Assembly: GCF_006345805.1 (NCBI RefSeq)
Contig: NC_043000.1
Coordinates: 121,024,001 to 121,088,000, forward strand
Reading direction: 5' to 3'
Origin: Octopus sinensis
Lineage: Eukaryota
DNA length: 64,000 nt
The notes beneath the pieces were generated by a model. The model searched no databases. It had not been told where the DNA came from and saw nothing but the letters and a program-made list of their open reading frames with translations. Made by a program: the position numbers and the translations under genes. Shown here piece after piece: positions 13,226 through 26,059 of this stretch (the first letter of the stretch is position 1; every line of letters starts with the position of its first letter).

Positions 13226-13974
13226 TTGTACAAAGAGGGAAATAAAGAAGCGATGAAAGTGAGAAAACGCGAGAAACATGAGAGCTAGTCAGCGAGACAG
13301 GCAAGCACTTATCTCCACATGTTTCTCTTGTATTATTTCTGTTCGTTGCAACCAGTAGCATATCATCTGCGTCAGTGTTCGTAGATATGTCAGTGTATAT
13401 TACATAATCAGATTAGCGAAGCAAGAGAAACGCCTGAACCTTCTAAGATGACGTGAAAAAACATCAGGAAAATAGCTGAAACTATTATGTAGGATGTGGT
13501 TTACATTTGCCTCAGATGTCGATATATTCCATGTTGAGAATGAAACGTGCTTTGCCAAGATTAACAGGAAGAACACCCTCTATATATACACTCATTTAAG
13601 AATAGTTTTAACGCCTTCATTATAATTGGAGAAGAATATGTATTGCTTAATTAATTTGACACTAGTTTTCAGTGATTAATTCAAATAAAATTATCAATTA
13701 GAAATTCAATTCAAATTAGTCACTCCAAAATTAAATAAATAAATTTGAAACTACTATTTTAATATCTTAATTCGATGTTTTGCGAATTGTGATTCGCCAT
13801 TTCCCAACATGGCGCTGGAACATTTCAGTTCCATATATTTTTTTTCAATAAAGATGGTCAATTCGGTCACCTTTTCTCTCTTCTCTCTCTCTCTCTCTCT
13901 CTCTCTGTCTCACTTTCACCTCTACCCTTCTCTTTCTTTCCCTGTCCATTTGTTTATCTATATTTGTGTGTATT

Positions 13975-14395
13975 GAGGCGGCGAGCTGGTAGAAACGTTA
14001 GCGCACCGGGCGAAATTCTTAGCGGTATTTCGTCTGTCGTTACGTTCTGAGTTCAAATTCCGCCGACGTCGACTTTGCCTTTCATCCTTTCGGGGTCGAT
14101 AAATTAAGTACCAGTTACGCACTGGGGTCGATCTAATCGACTTAAACTCTTTGTCTGTCCTTGTTTGTCCCCTCTATGTTTAGCCCCTTGTGGGCAATAA
14201 AGAAATAAGAAACGTTAGCGCACCGGGCGAAATGCTTAGCGGTATTTCGTCTACCGTCACGTTCTGAGTTCAATTTCCGCCGAGGTCAACTTTGACTTTC
14301 ATCCTTTCGGGGTCGATGTAATCGACTTCATCCCTCTGTCTGTCCTTGCTTGTCCCCTCTATGTTTAGCCCCTTGTGGTCAGTAAAGAAATATAT
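13975..14395 (+). mobile_element. SINE B tandem dimer
   Basis: The second unit restarts at AGAAACGTTAGC directly after the first tail …AAAGAAATA. Confidence 0.9.
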
Positions 14396-14663
14396 ATTTG
14401 TGTGTATCAACCGAATCTGCTTTCCTCTGTCCATGAGAGTATGCCGACGCTGTATTTCACATACTTTGTAATCTATTCTCTGAACAGTCTCACCTAAAAT
14501 ACACGTGCAGGCCTCCCCACCACAATTACAGACTGACATACATGAACGTGCACACAAACATAAGTGTATATGTATATGTCTGTGTATATGCATGTGCTTG
14601 CGATTGTCTCACGTCCTTCCATTCGGTCTCATTTACTCTATTGCACTAGTAAATATTATCATT

Positions 14664-14676
14664 ATTTTGATTATCA

Positions 14677-14730
<54 letters not shown>

Positions 14731-14789
14731 TATCATTATTATTGTTGTTGTTGTTGTTATTATTATTACCATTATCATCATCATTATTG

Positions 14790-14824
<35 letters not shown>

Positions 14825-14915
14825 GATATCGTCATCATCATTGTTATTATTATCATTTTTATTATTATTACTATTATTATTATTATCATCATCATCATCA
14901 TCATTGTTATTATTA

Positions 14916-14951
<36 letters not shown>

Positions 14952-14965
14952 TATTATTATTATTA
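14664..14965. repeat. (ATT)n/(GTT)n/(ATC)n array
   Basis: Seen directly in the sequence. Confidence 0.95.
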
Positions 14966-15561
14966 TTTTTATTCTTAATACTGTCTTTGTTCTTGTTGTG
15001 GCAAGTGTTGTTGTTTCAGGAACCTTATTTTTATTGTATCATTTCAATGTCCGGCAGAGCGTAGCTTTGTCTTGCTTGGCTACACACACTGCTTTCTTTT
15101 TTCAGTGATTTCTGTTGCATTACAATACTGTAACGTGTTATTTCGCGCATATTTAATATGTGTGCAGTTACCAGCGGTAGCATTTTCTCTAATTTGCCTA
15201 TATGTATAAATCATGAGATCACTGTTATATATGTCACCGCATCTTTTTTGATGATTTTCAAGGCACATTTTATCATTGGAATTGTTTACTTTCAGATCTT
15301 TCTCACTGGATATCACAGTGTGAAGATAGTTACTTCATTTCATTCAGACATACATTGATAGATGAAGGTAACCGCCTGCCGAGTTAAATCCATCGAACAA
15401 TTCGCATTTCCCTTCTTAATAAAAATTGTCTCAAAGCTAGAAGAATCATTAGCGTGTTGCAAAAGTGCTGTGCGATGTTTGTTCCAATTCTTCCCGCACT
15501 AAATTCCAATGAGCCAAGGTCAACTGTCACCGTTCCTCATTTTGGTATCGATATACAAATA

Positions 15562-15983
15562 AAGGCGGCGAGCTGGTAAAATCATTTGCACGCCAGGAGA
15601 AATGCTTAGTGGTATTTCATCTGCCGTTACGTTCTGAGTTCAAATTCCGCCGAGGTCGACTTTGCCTTTCATTCTTTCGGGGTCAATAAATTAAGGACCA
15701 GTTGCGCACTGGGGTCGATATAATCGACTTATACTGTTTGTCTGACCTTGTTTGCCCTCTCTGTGTTTAACCCCTTGTGGGTAGTAAAGAAATAAGTGTT
15801 TCGTCTGCCATTACGTTCTGAGTTCAAATTCCGCCGAGGTCGACTTTGCCTTTCATCCTTTCAGGGTCGATAAATTAAGTACCAGTTACGCACTGGAGTA
15901 GATATAATCGAATTTTATCCGTTTGTCTGTCCTTGTTTGTCCTCTGTGTGATTAGCTCCTTGTGGGTAGTAAAGAAATAGGTA
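15562..15983 (+). mobile_element. SINE B tandem dimer
   Basis: The second unit restarts at GTGTTTCGTCTGCC after the tail …GTAAAGAAATAA. Confidence 0.9.
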
Positions 15984-16513
15984 TCGATAAATAAAGTCCC
16001 ATTCACGTACTGTGGTAGATAGTATCAACCAATTCCCTCTCGAAATTGATGATAAGTCATTTGCTACCGCAAAGATATGTGGGTGTAACATTTGTTTTGT
16101 GACGAATCAGAGGTTAGCACAATCTCAATTAGTGTGTAGTGTGACCCATTCAGGGCATGGAGCCAGTTGTAGAAATCGGAACCATAAGGATAAAGACCCT
16201 AAATTGCAGACACATTAACAGAAAGACAAGACGTTTTAAAAATTCCACCTCAATGCATGTTGAAGAAAGTATGAATGATACCTAACGCTCAATACAACAC
16301 GAATGCAAAACGAAATAAAAAAATGTATGGAACGGTGCTTGATGTTCGGTGGATGCCTAAGTGGGAAGAGTATTTATCACTGCTGTGCTGCGATGGGTGA
16401 AGAATGACGAAGATTATATTCTAGACCTGAATTTGAATGAGGGACGTCAGCACAAGTGCAGAGGAGATTAGAGGCGTTGTTAACTTGAGATTAACTCTCT
16501 GTAAGAACTAATC

Positions 16514-16915
16514 ACAAGTAAAACAAGTATAGATGTATGTATCAGTGTCATGGTAGAAGGCCTAAGTGTTAGATACGCTGTAGTATCAACCAAAGAGTTT
16601 TCTGTCCTTAGGCAAGGGGAGTGAAAATTAATTTGTTGCTAACATTATCAACAGTAACTATAATAATACCAGCATCAGGTGTAGCAACATGAAGTGTAGC
16701 AGTAGGTAAAACGATCAGCATTAGCAGCAAAAACTATAATCAATATCAAAGCAGCGAAACGGAAATCTCTAAAGATGGGATATCCTACTGAAGAGCAGCA
16801 ACATCAAATTAAACATGTGCGTCAACTAGGCTCTATCTACCCTCCCATTTCCTTTCTAATATAGAAAAACACATCGGAGAATGGGTACTGAAAACTGTCC
16901 ATCCTCAGTGGGGAA

Positions 16916-16961
<46 letters not shown>

Positions 16962-17830
16962 TGTAGTTGTGTGAGTGTCTGTCCCCTTCGATTTAGATTC
17001 CTAACTACTCCCACATTTTGCGGTGCAGTTTAACCAAATTCGGGTATCTTATAGTCGTGATTCATATCGAGCCCGTCTGAGTATTAGCGCGCGTCTACGA
17101 TGAGTCTACGATTTTAAAAATAATTTAACATCATTTTTTATTCCATTTTAATGCATAACTTTTCGTGTGTCGATGGCGGCGGAGTTGGCGTCCATGGTCA
17201 CACCTGCACCTGTTTGCTTCTCCCCATTCTTCCCTCCCTCGTGAAGCTTTGGGGAATGGAGTGTAAGGAAATCAACGTCGTAAAGCGTTGTCAAGGAGAC
17301 CAGCGTTCTTTTAGAACAACGACTTCATGGCTTGAAGACACCAAAACAGAAATGGCTAAGAAAGCCCGAATTGGCATCTATAAGGGAAGTAACTCTCTAA
17401 AAATGCTTATATAGTTATTTCCCTTACAAACCCGAGCAACGCCGGGCGATACTGCTAGTATATATATATATAAAGACAACAAAACTACCTAAAACAATCT
17501 AGAAGGTCAATGAAACGTCAGATTTCACTTTGAGAAAAGCAAGGGCACAATAAGTGTAGCAAGATCAAATATAAACTCTTGGTGTCTGGAATCGTAATAA
17601 AAGTTCACCTTGATAAATAATATAATATACTAGCAGTATCGCCCGGCGTTGCTCGGGTTTGTTTCGACCCTTTAGAATTGGAATTTTTGAAAAGTAAAAA
17701 TTATGCACTATGTAGCTTGTTATTCTCTTTAAGTGAACATTTTTCTCGTTGAAATACACCGACAAATGGTGACACAACAGTCAAAAAATCATAAAAAATA
17801 GGGATTTTCATAGGAAAAAAGCACCTTTTT
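16514..17830 (+). repeat. Local duplication unit A (paralog at 19651-20851)
   Basis: The ~400-bp unique flank, the ~165-bp spacer and ~200 bp of the right element are near-identical to 19651-20851 (offset ~3137). Confidence 0.9.
16957..17460 (-). mobile_element. Non-autonomous Helitron/HINE-like element, body type 1
   Basis: Minus strand starts TACTAGCAGTATCGCCCGGCGTTGCTCGGG (CCCG…CGGG hairpin) and ends …GACAGACACTCACACAACTACAGTTTT into (TA)n, as in Lep1/DINE-1-type elements. Confidence 0.6.
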
Positions 17831-18360
17831 GATGTAAATAATATTTTGTGTTAACATGGTCCGATTTGAATTTTTTCTTCTACGGAAGAAAGAGCAAGCC
17901 TTCTTCTATCATACTCTCACTTTTGGTCAACTTGCGCCACAGTGTCTCGGAGGAGATAGTGTTAGTTAAAGGCTTTTCAAGACTCCGCCGGTTACGACGA
18001 CGAGGGTCCCAGCTGATACGATCAACGGAACAGCTTGCTCGTGAAATTAACGTGCAAATGGCTGAGCATTCCACAGACACGTGTACCCTTAACGTAGTTC
18101 TCGGGGATAATCAGCGTGACACAGAGAGTGACAAGGCTGACCCTTTGAAATACAAGTACAACTCATTTTTGCCAGCTGAGTGGACTGGAGCAACGTGAAA
18201 TAAAGTGTCTTGCTCAAGGACACAACGCGTCGCCGGGAATCGAACTCACAACCTTACGATCATGAGCCGAATGCCCTAACCACTAAGCCACGCGCCCTCA
18301 CAGTTAAAGGCTACCAAACCTGCCATACACAGACAACTTCAGCTTTATATAGAGAGAGAT
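17628..18360 (+). mobile_element. Helitron/HINE-like element, body type 2, with nested SINE
   Basis: Same 35-nt start, different body, ends …CAGACAACTTCAGCTTTATATAG. Confidence 0.6.
17975..18301 (-). mobile_element. tRNA-head CORE-like SINE (family D, tail 1) with 11-bp TSD
   Basis: TSD AGTTAAAGGCT at 17964-17974 and 18302-18312. Head reads GGCTTAGTGGTTAG…GAGTTCGATTCCC. Confidence 0.9.
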
Positions 18361-18960
18361 AAGTAGCTGTAGCCATATATGGAACTCGCGGAATCGAATC
18401 TGACTACAGAAACAGGTACAACCGAGTACTGGAGTCTAAAGAATTGGTTTCCAGTTTGTAAAACGTACATAAACCACATTAGCATTTCAGTAAAATGTCT
18501 ATTTAAAGGGGTCAGTGATAGTAACGGGCAGAAGAACGCTTTGAAGAGACTGGTCAGAGTCGAGTGAGTAAATTTTAATAAAGAAATAGCGACAGAGAAC
18601 AATCCCGCAGACATCTTTGCCTTCTGCTATTTCGGGTAATCTGTCTATATCTTTACTTTTCTATTTGTGTGTGTGTGTTTGTATGTGTGTGTGTATGTGT
18701 GTGTATGTGTGTGTGTGTGTGTGTGTGGTGTGTGTGTGTGTGTGTGCGTGTGTGTGTGTGTGAATTGAAATCTCCGAACTTCAATGTTCTGTGAAGAGGT
18801 AGAAATAAAAGAACGTTTTGGAAATAGAATAGAGATAGTGAAACCACCGACCCTGTGAGAAGGTAACATGTTATATATTAATTTCCGAAACAGGCGGTTC
18901 TTGGTTCTTTCAACACCTCTAGTTATACGTCTTATGGATGAGATCTAGGCCAGACATATT

Positions 18961-18999
<39 letters not shown>

Positions 19000-19279
19000 A
19001 CACACACACATACACACACACACACGCACACAAAGAAAAGACATAAATAAACAATAACATAAAAACAGGCGGGCCTGGATTGATAGTCTATGTGAACATT
19101 ATGTCACGTGCCTACTATCGATCACGACTTTAGTATTGGCGGGCTTTTCCTGATCACAGGTTGGCCGTATATGTCCAGTGGGTTGCTATGATATGAAGAT
19201 AATTCTTAGAAATAAAATATTTAAAACGCTTAAAATAGATATATTTTGTATATATTATACAAACGTTTTAATCAGTATA

Positions 19280-19635
19280 ATATGTGGGATCCTCCGACAA
19301 GTCATCCTAACGAGACGTCTGCGTTGGCTGGGTCATGCCCTCAGTCGTCAACCAGGAGAATTCATCTACGAAGCAATTGCTCCGGTTCCCCTTCAGGGTT
19401 GGCGAAACCGATGTGGTAGACAACGAAAAACATGGCTGATGACTGTCAACGCTGATCTGAAACCCAACCTAGGCCCCCATGTCTACGGGGTTCGCCGCTG
19501 GAATAAGGAGTGGTTGAAGATCACGCGGTCGTTAGCCTCAAATAGCTAGGCCTGGTCGGCGTTTGTGAGAGATGCAGCATTGAGGATGAATGAAGCCAGC
19601 TCAACCCACCCCGAGTGAATGATGCTCGAAGAAGA
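19280..19635 (+). mobile_element. RTE-clade LINE 3' fragment
   Basis: Translates to RRLRWLGHALSR…RCGRQRKTW, the typical RTE C-terminal motifs. Confidence 0.8.
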
Positions 19636-19650
19636 ATAAACAGAAAAGTG

Positions 19651-20065
19651 ACAAGTAAAACAAGTATAGATGTACTATCAGTGTCATGGTAGAAGGCCTA
19701 AGTGTTAGATACGCTGTAGTATCAACCAAAGAGTTTTCTGTCCTTAGGCAAGGGGAGTGAAAATTAATTTGTTGCTAACATTATCAACAGCAACTATAAT
19801 AATACCAGCATCAGGTGTAGCAACATGAAGTGTAGCAGTAGGTAAAACGATCAGCATTAGCAGCAAAAACTATAATTAATATCAAAGCAGCGAAACGGAA
19901 ACTTCTAAAGATGGGATTTCCTCCTGAAGAGCAGCAACATCAAATTAAACATAAGAAATAAACATGTGCGTCAACTAGGCTCTATATACCCTCCCATTTC
20001 TTTTCAAATATAGAAAAACACATCGGAGAGTGGGTACTGAAAATTGTCCATCCTCAGTGGGGAAA

Positions 20066-20120
<55 letters not shown>

Positions 20121-20851
20121 AACGGCAGTTTGTCTGCGTGTTTCTGTGTGTCTGTTTGCTTGTACCCTCACCCTGACCACGGCTTTCAACCGATTCTGAT
20201 GAAACTTGACACACACATAGCCCAATGTCATATTTCAAAACTAACGCAGCGAAAAGTTTGAAAAGATCCCCCAGTTCTGAAAAAAATCGATAAATTCGAC
20301 ATGGGGTCGAGAATCAGAAACACAAACCGCAAACTGTCTAGGGGACGCAACTCCACCTTTTTTAACTAAAAAAATTTTACCATCATTTTTTCCATTTTTT
20401 TGCTATTTTTTTGGCTATAACTCTCTAAAAATGCTTTATAGTTATTTCCCTTACAAACCTGAGCAACGCCGGGCGATACTGCTAGTATATATATAAAGAC
20501 AACCAAACCACCTAAAAAAACTAGAAGGTCAATGAAACGTCAGATTTCACATTTGAGAAAAGCAAGGGCACAATAAGTGTTGCAAGATCAAATATAAACT
20601 CTTGGTGTCTGGAATTGTAATAAAAGTTCACCGTGATAAACAATATAATATACTAGCAGTATCGCCCGGCGTTGCTCGGGTTTGTTTCGACCCTTTAGAA
20701 TTGGAATTTTTGAAAAGTAAAAATTTTACACTATGTAGCTTGTTATTCTCTTTAAGTGAACATGTTTCTGGTTGAAATACACCGAAAAATTGTGACACAC
20801 CAGTCATAAAATCGTAAAAATAGGGATTTTCATAGAAAAAAAGCACCTTTT
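19651..20851 (+). repeat. Duplication unit A' (paralog of 16514-17830)
   Basis: Direct sequence match; truncated at CTTTT and fused to a copy of 23611-23801. Confidence 0.9.
20120..20487 (-). mobile_element. Helitron/HINE-like element, body type 3
   Basis: Shares only its first ~70 nt with 16957-17460. Body contains AAGTTTCATCAGAATCGGTTG and ends CAGACAAACTGCCGTTT into (TA)n. Confidence 0.6.
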
Positions 20852-21038
20852 TGGTCGGCCCGAGGCTATATCAGAAGACAGTTGCCCAAGTTGCCACCTA
20901 GTGGGACTGAACCCGGAGCCATGTGATTGTTAAGTAAGCTACTTACCACATAGCCATTCCTGCGCCTATATACTTCCATTAATTATTTTAGTTACCTGTG
21001 CAGTGGCAAGCAAATATAAAGACCCTTCATTCTCTTCA
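20848..21038 (+). repeat. Duplication unit B' (paralog of 23611-23801): SINE A head plus ~70 bp unique flank
   Basis: Near-identical over ~190 nt including non-SINE sequence (offset 2763). Confidence 0.9.
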
Positions 21039-21832
21039 ATATATTTGGGAGGACATGTAAATAAGGTGACATTCTCTCAAATACCCTTTTGCTAGGTTTT
21101 ATAAAATTTGGTAATTAAAGTAGGTGAACGTAAGCCAAAATAATTTCTTCTTTATCAATTCCAATAGAAATTTATTACAGAGAACAATAATCCTCACACA
21201 TGTCTGAAGAAATATACATGCTGCACGGGATATTCTTAGAAAATACAGACAATATCGCACTAAGTAGAAATTGATGGAAATAATCAACCACATTTTTTTA
21301 ATGGAAAATATAGGAATTTGTGAAACGGTAAAAGTAGTACAGAGATGCAAATAATGATATCCTCTGAATTAGGTATTGTTGCAGAAGCATAATTGCAATC
21401 AATAGCATTTCGGAGTTGTCAATGTTCGTACGATAAAAGATACATATACTGAAAAAAAAAGCATATAAATATATATGTGCGAATAAAATGTATTGCATAA
21501 TATGCAGATTCAAAAGTAAATGGCTGAAAATAATATCTCGTCACATAAAAAATAATACGAATAATAAACAAAAGATAACATTAAATACAAGTAAATTATT
21601 AAGCAAAAAATGGCTGAGCACAATAACATGAAAAGAAAAGGGAAAGAATAAGTATGAATAAGTGAAGTAAAAAAAATGGTAAATAAATAATGACATCAAA
21701 TTCAATGCGACAGACATGTACATGTAACCTCTTAGATGACCTTCAAAGAAATCAAAACAGGAGAACCATATGTAGAGAAAAAAAAAACAGCGCACCAATA
21801 CCAACATCGCCATCCAAAGATTTATATATATA

Positions 21833-21923
<91 letters not shown>

Positions 21924-21990
21924 TAAATATATAAATATATATATATATATATGTGTGTGTGTGTAAATATATAAATATATATATATGTGC

Positions 21991-22021
<31 letters not shown>

Positions 22022-23242
22022 TATATATATATATATGGGCATATGTAAAGAGTAGGCAATGATATAATCCAACGTAGCAAACAAGATGGTCATGATATAT
22101 CATATTTAAATCACATATGCTTGTGATTTTGCTAATGTTATCTGAGACGATTCTGGACTAAAAAAATATATATATATAAAGAATTAAGAAAGAAAAGAAA
22201 AGAAAACAGAAATATTAGGAAAAGAAAGACAAGTAATCTTTAAAATAGAAAGCTGGGATGCAGAAAGACGAATACTACAAAATAGAAAAAAATGTTAAAA
22301 AGAAAACTCCATTCTCCTCTGTAGGACGTAACCGTATACGGAAAAAGAAATATAATAGATAGACTAGAAATAAAATAGGTATTACGCAACCGATGTATAT
22401 ATATATATATATATCAAAAGGAAGAATAGTTTCAGGAAAAAAGGAAAAAAGTATTAACGGAAATGATTTGTAGAATTGAGCAATGCAATACTATATTCAT
22501 GTGCCCCCAAACACATACACGCAAAAACATGTATAGATATATACATGCATATACACCCACACACGTATATATATACATGCATGTATGTATATGTGTGTGT
22601 GTATAAATAGATATGCCCATGCATTTACACATGTATATATGTATATTACGCACGCACTCACACACATATATATACACACACACATATAAATATATAAAGA
22701 AAGAAATTTATCGGAAAATAAATCAATAGGATAAAATATATATATGACAAGAATTACAATAAAACGAAAAATAAAGATATGGTGAGAAACATTTTGGAAA
22801 AAAATAAAGATAAAAATCAGAAAGATTTAAGAAATTTGCTTGGCTTAAGAGAAGAAAATCATAAAGGTATAGAACAGCTATCTTTGAAAATAGACCAAAG
22901 GGTATCCGGCAAAAATTGTGGATAAAAATAAAAACTGAAGCGAAGAGGTCACTGCTGGTTAATATTACATTTTAGCTCTGATATATATTATACGAATGTC
23001 CGATCTTGTGATACAGAAATCCCCAATGAAAAATGTTTTATTTTATTAATAGAAGATCTAAGAATTATTTCTGACAAGCTAACTCATGTTCATAATTTCT
23101 TACTTGGAACCGCTCTGATCTTTACTAAATTATGTCTTCTGGAATCTTTCATACTGTCCAAGAACTTATGAAATCTTCTCGAGGAACTCCTCACCATTTT
23201 AATTTAATTGCTCAAACGCAAAAAAAAAATTTAACCACTTAC

Positions 23243-23308
23243 CTTTCGTTTTCTTAATTCTGTGCCTTCATAAACGGTCCAAATTCGCTCGCCGTCATTA
23301 ACAAACTT
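23243..23308 (-). CDS. Candidate exon KFVNDGERIWTVYEGTELRKRK (66 nt, phase 0-0)
   Basis: Consensus donor AAG|GTAAGT and open frame; the acceptor (ttcatag|) lacks a pyrimidine tract. Confidence 0.3.
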
Positions 23309-23326
23309 CTATGAATCGGTATCATG

Positions 23327-23730
23327 TACTCTTTTACTTGTTTCAGTCATTTGACTGCGGCCATGCTGGAGCACCGCCTTTAATCGAGCAAATCGATCCC
23401 AGGACTTATTTTTTGTTAGCCTAGTACTTATTCTATCGGTCTCTTTTACCGAACCGCTAAGTTACGGGGACGTAAACACACCAGCATCAGTTGTCAAGCG
23501 ATGTTGGGGGTGACAAACACAGGCACACACGCATACATATATATGTATATATATATACATATATACGACAGGCTTCTTTCAGTTTCCGTCTACCAAATCC
23601 ACTCACAAGGCTTTTGGTCGGCCCGAGGCTATATCAGAAGACAGTTGCCCAAGTTGCCACCCAGTGGGACGGAACCCGGAACCATGTGATTAGTAAGCAA
23701 GCTACTTACCACATAGCCATTCCTGCGCCT
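23327..23730 (-). mobile_element. SINE A, full length
   Basis: Head, internal microsatellite and tail all present. Confidence 0.9.
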
Positions 23731-23758
23731 ATATACTTCCATTAATTATTTTAGTTAC

Positions 23759-23860
23759 CTGTACTGTGGCAAGCAAATATAAGGACCCTTCATTCTCTTC
23801 ACTTTGACTCATCGAAAATACGTGATATGACAGCTGGAGGAAAAGAGTGCTGTGCTCTTC
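23759..23860 (-). CDS. Candidate exon EEHSTLFLQLSYHVFSMSQSEENEGSLYLLATVQ (102 nt, phase 0-0)
   Basis: ccatttcag| acceptor, CAG|GTAACT donor, open frame. The partial paralog near 21 kb differs by 2 synonymous and 1 non-synonymous change over 14 codons. Confidence 0.3.
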
Positions 23861-24265
23861 CTGAAATGGTGCCATTTAATCTCAGCAAACAGGAGCTATG
23901 TGTAATAGTGTGTCTTATTTAAAGATACAGAAAAGAGACAATAATGAGAGTAGTACGAAAAAGTCTTTAAAGAAAAGACGTCATACCTACAACTGCAACC
24001 ATTTTCATTCATGTCGAATCCGATTTGACCTGGGGCTAAATATTAAAAGTGATACGTGTTGAATATATTTGAAACGTGCTATTGTCTTAATACAGACATT
24101 TCAATGTGAACTATGATAACCAAAATTTCAGCATTCCCTTTCAAGGATACTTCGACACATTGAACATTATAAAGATCACGTTCGGTTTGAATTGTCATTT
24201 TATACATTGGATCATAAGGCATACATACGGATATAATGAGAGAAAATTATATTCCAGTTAGATAC

Positions 24266-24391
24266 TTGTATCTCAGTGAAGCACGTTCTTTTGGCAGCCT
24301 TTACAGTGTTCATAATAATGCTATCGCTCTGTGTTATTTCACCCAACCACAATCCGCCTATAAATTTGATATTTTCGTCATAATGCTTTCT
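24266..24391 (-). CDS. Candidate exon RKHYDENIKFIGGLWLGEITQSDSIIMNTVKAAKRTCFTEIQ (126 nt, phase 0-0)
   Basis: ccttattcag| acceptor, CAA|GTATCT donor, open frame; no homology recognised. Confidence 0.2.
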
Positions 24392-24575
24392 CTGAATAAG
24401 GTGGTAATCTAGCAGATTCGTTAGCAGCATTTCTTCTGTCTTTTCGTTCTCAGCTCGTATTCACCTTTCATTCATTCAAGATCGATGAAATGCTTACCAG
24501 TTAATTATTAAGGTCGATATAGTCGAATAGATACCTCCCCCAAATTTCAAGCCTCTCTGTATTTCTTTTATTTAT

Positions 24576-24830
24576 GTGGAGGCGCGTGGCTTAGTGGTTA
24601 GGGTGTCAGCGCCATGATCGTAAGATTGTGGTTTCGATTCCTAGACCGGGTGATGTGTTGTGTTCTTGAGCAAAACACTTCATTTCTCGTTGCTCCACTT
24701 CACTCAGCTGGAAAAAATGAGTAACGCTGCGATGGACTGGCGTCCCGCCCAGCTGGGGAAAACATACGCCATAGAAACCGAGACACTGGGCCCATGAGCC
24801 TGGCTAGACTTTAAAAGGGCGCATTTATCT
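24576..24830 (+). mobile_element. Family D SINE, tail 2
   Basis: Same head and core as 17975-18301 with a different 3' tail; possible TSD TCTTTTATTT. Confidence 0.85.
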
Positions 24831-25335
24831 TTTATTTTATTTCTTTTACTTCGCATTTTGACTATTACTCACACTTAACCGTTACATAGCCTGACCGACT
24901 ATATTTCTTACACAAACTAAGATTTTTTGTTTTGTATAGTATTATCTTGGTACTTACACAACCAGTTATCCAGCATTCCCTTGTCTCGTCCACGCCTTTA
25001 TACATTCTTTGAACCATCACACATTACACTCTGCTTCTCTTCATCACCATTTCCTAATCTTTTTCAGGGCTTGGGGTCCAAGGAGTTGAGGTTCATATAT
25101 GTTCCCAAAATGAATGAAGACGATACACTTGGAGCTTAGCTTTGATATCGCCACGTAGGAGACATGACCTAGTATTAAATAGAAAACAATATTCATTAGG
25201 TTTAAAAAATTCACCAGCTTCACATGTGACTGTAGAGTTGTTTAATATGTTGCAAGCGAGAGGACTAGTCTCAGACCTCCTGTTTTCATCTCCGTTCGTG
25301 ATTTTCTACATTTGTCAGAGATGAGTGTCTCTTAC

Positions 25336-25553
25336 AGTAGGCATGCCAATATTGTTTTGGTGAAGCTTCACACGACATTTCAGTCTATCGCTTGACACAA
25401 TCTTCTCCACAATACCTACAAATAAATATGGCGTATAATTTGACAGTGCGCCAAAATACTCAGCCAAATTTACATCAAGGCCTTTATAAACATTTCTTTT
25501 AAGCTGTTCATGCTCGATATAATTTCCTTCGAATTTTCTCTTCCCATTATGTC
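25336..25553 (-). CDS. Candidate exon (G)HNGKRKFEGNYIEHEQLKRN…HQNNIGMPT (218 nt, phase 1-0)
   Basis: ctcgttctcttcgttaagcag| acceptor, ACT|GTAAGA donor, 72 open codons; no homology recognised. Confidence 0.25.
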
Positions 25554-26059
25554 CTGCTTAACGAAGAGAACGAGGTTTTCCTATCCATTTTCTGACGATA
25601 TGTTGACAGGGAAATTATTGAGTAGAGCATAATTTGCTAGCACATTGGAGCAGTAATCAATAGTTTATCAATAATCAGAGAGTTTATATTGAACGACGGT
25701 CTAATTGTGACAGTAGCGTGTAATTAAAGGAATTCTTTTTTTGCAGTCAACCATAAGACTCTGTTTTATTTTCTAGAGGGAATTAGATTCCATCTAGATT
25801 TACTCTGTTCCTGGTCATTGATTTAAACGCTATTACTATTGTTTTACACTGCTTTAGACCTCTTCACGATTACATTCTTTATTAACAGATTATGAGTTCT
25901 AATGCATCCGAGATCAACTTCGGCTTTCATCCTTTCAGGGTCGATAAAATATGTACCAGCTGAGCTCTACAGTCGATATAATCGACTTACTCCCCTCTTC
26001 AAAATCACCGATCCTGTATCAAGATTGGGAAGAACTAAGAATACATTATTCAATATATG

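Noticed and set aside
13800-13820. CCAACATGGCG YY1/initiator-like motif as a promoter
   Set aside because: A single short motif with no supporting exon or ORF downstream.
11241-14978. Long poly-Ile and poly-Leu ORFs in the supplied track
   Set aside because: They are translations of (ATT)n arrays, which lack stops in some frames.
15296-15367. 72-nt + strand exon-like segment with good splice sites
   Set aside because: No compatible partner exon or homology found; a single short open frame is within chance expectation.
18235-18300. tRNA gene
   Set aside because: Box A and box B are present, but the sequence continues into a SINE core and tail and is flanked by a TSD. The same applies to the other tRNA-like heads.
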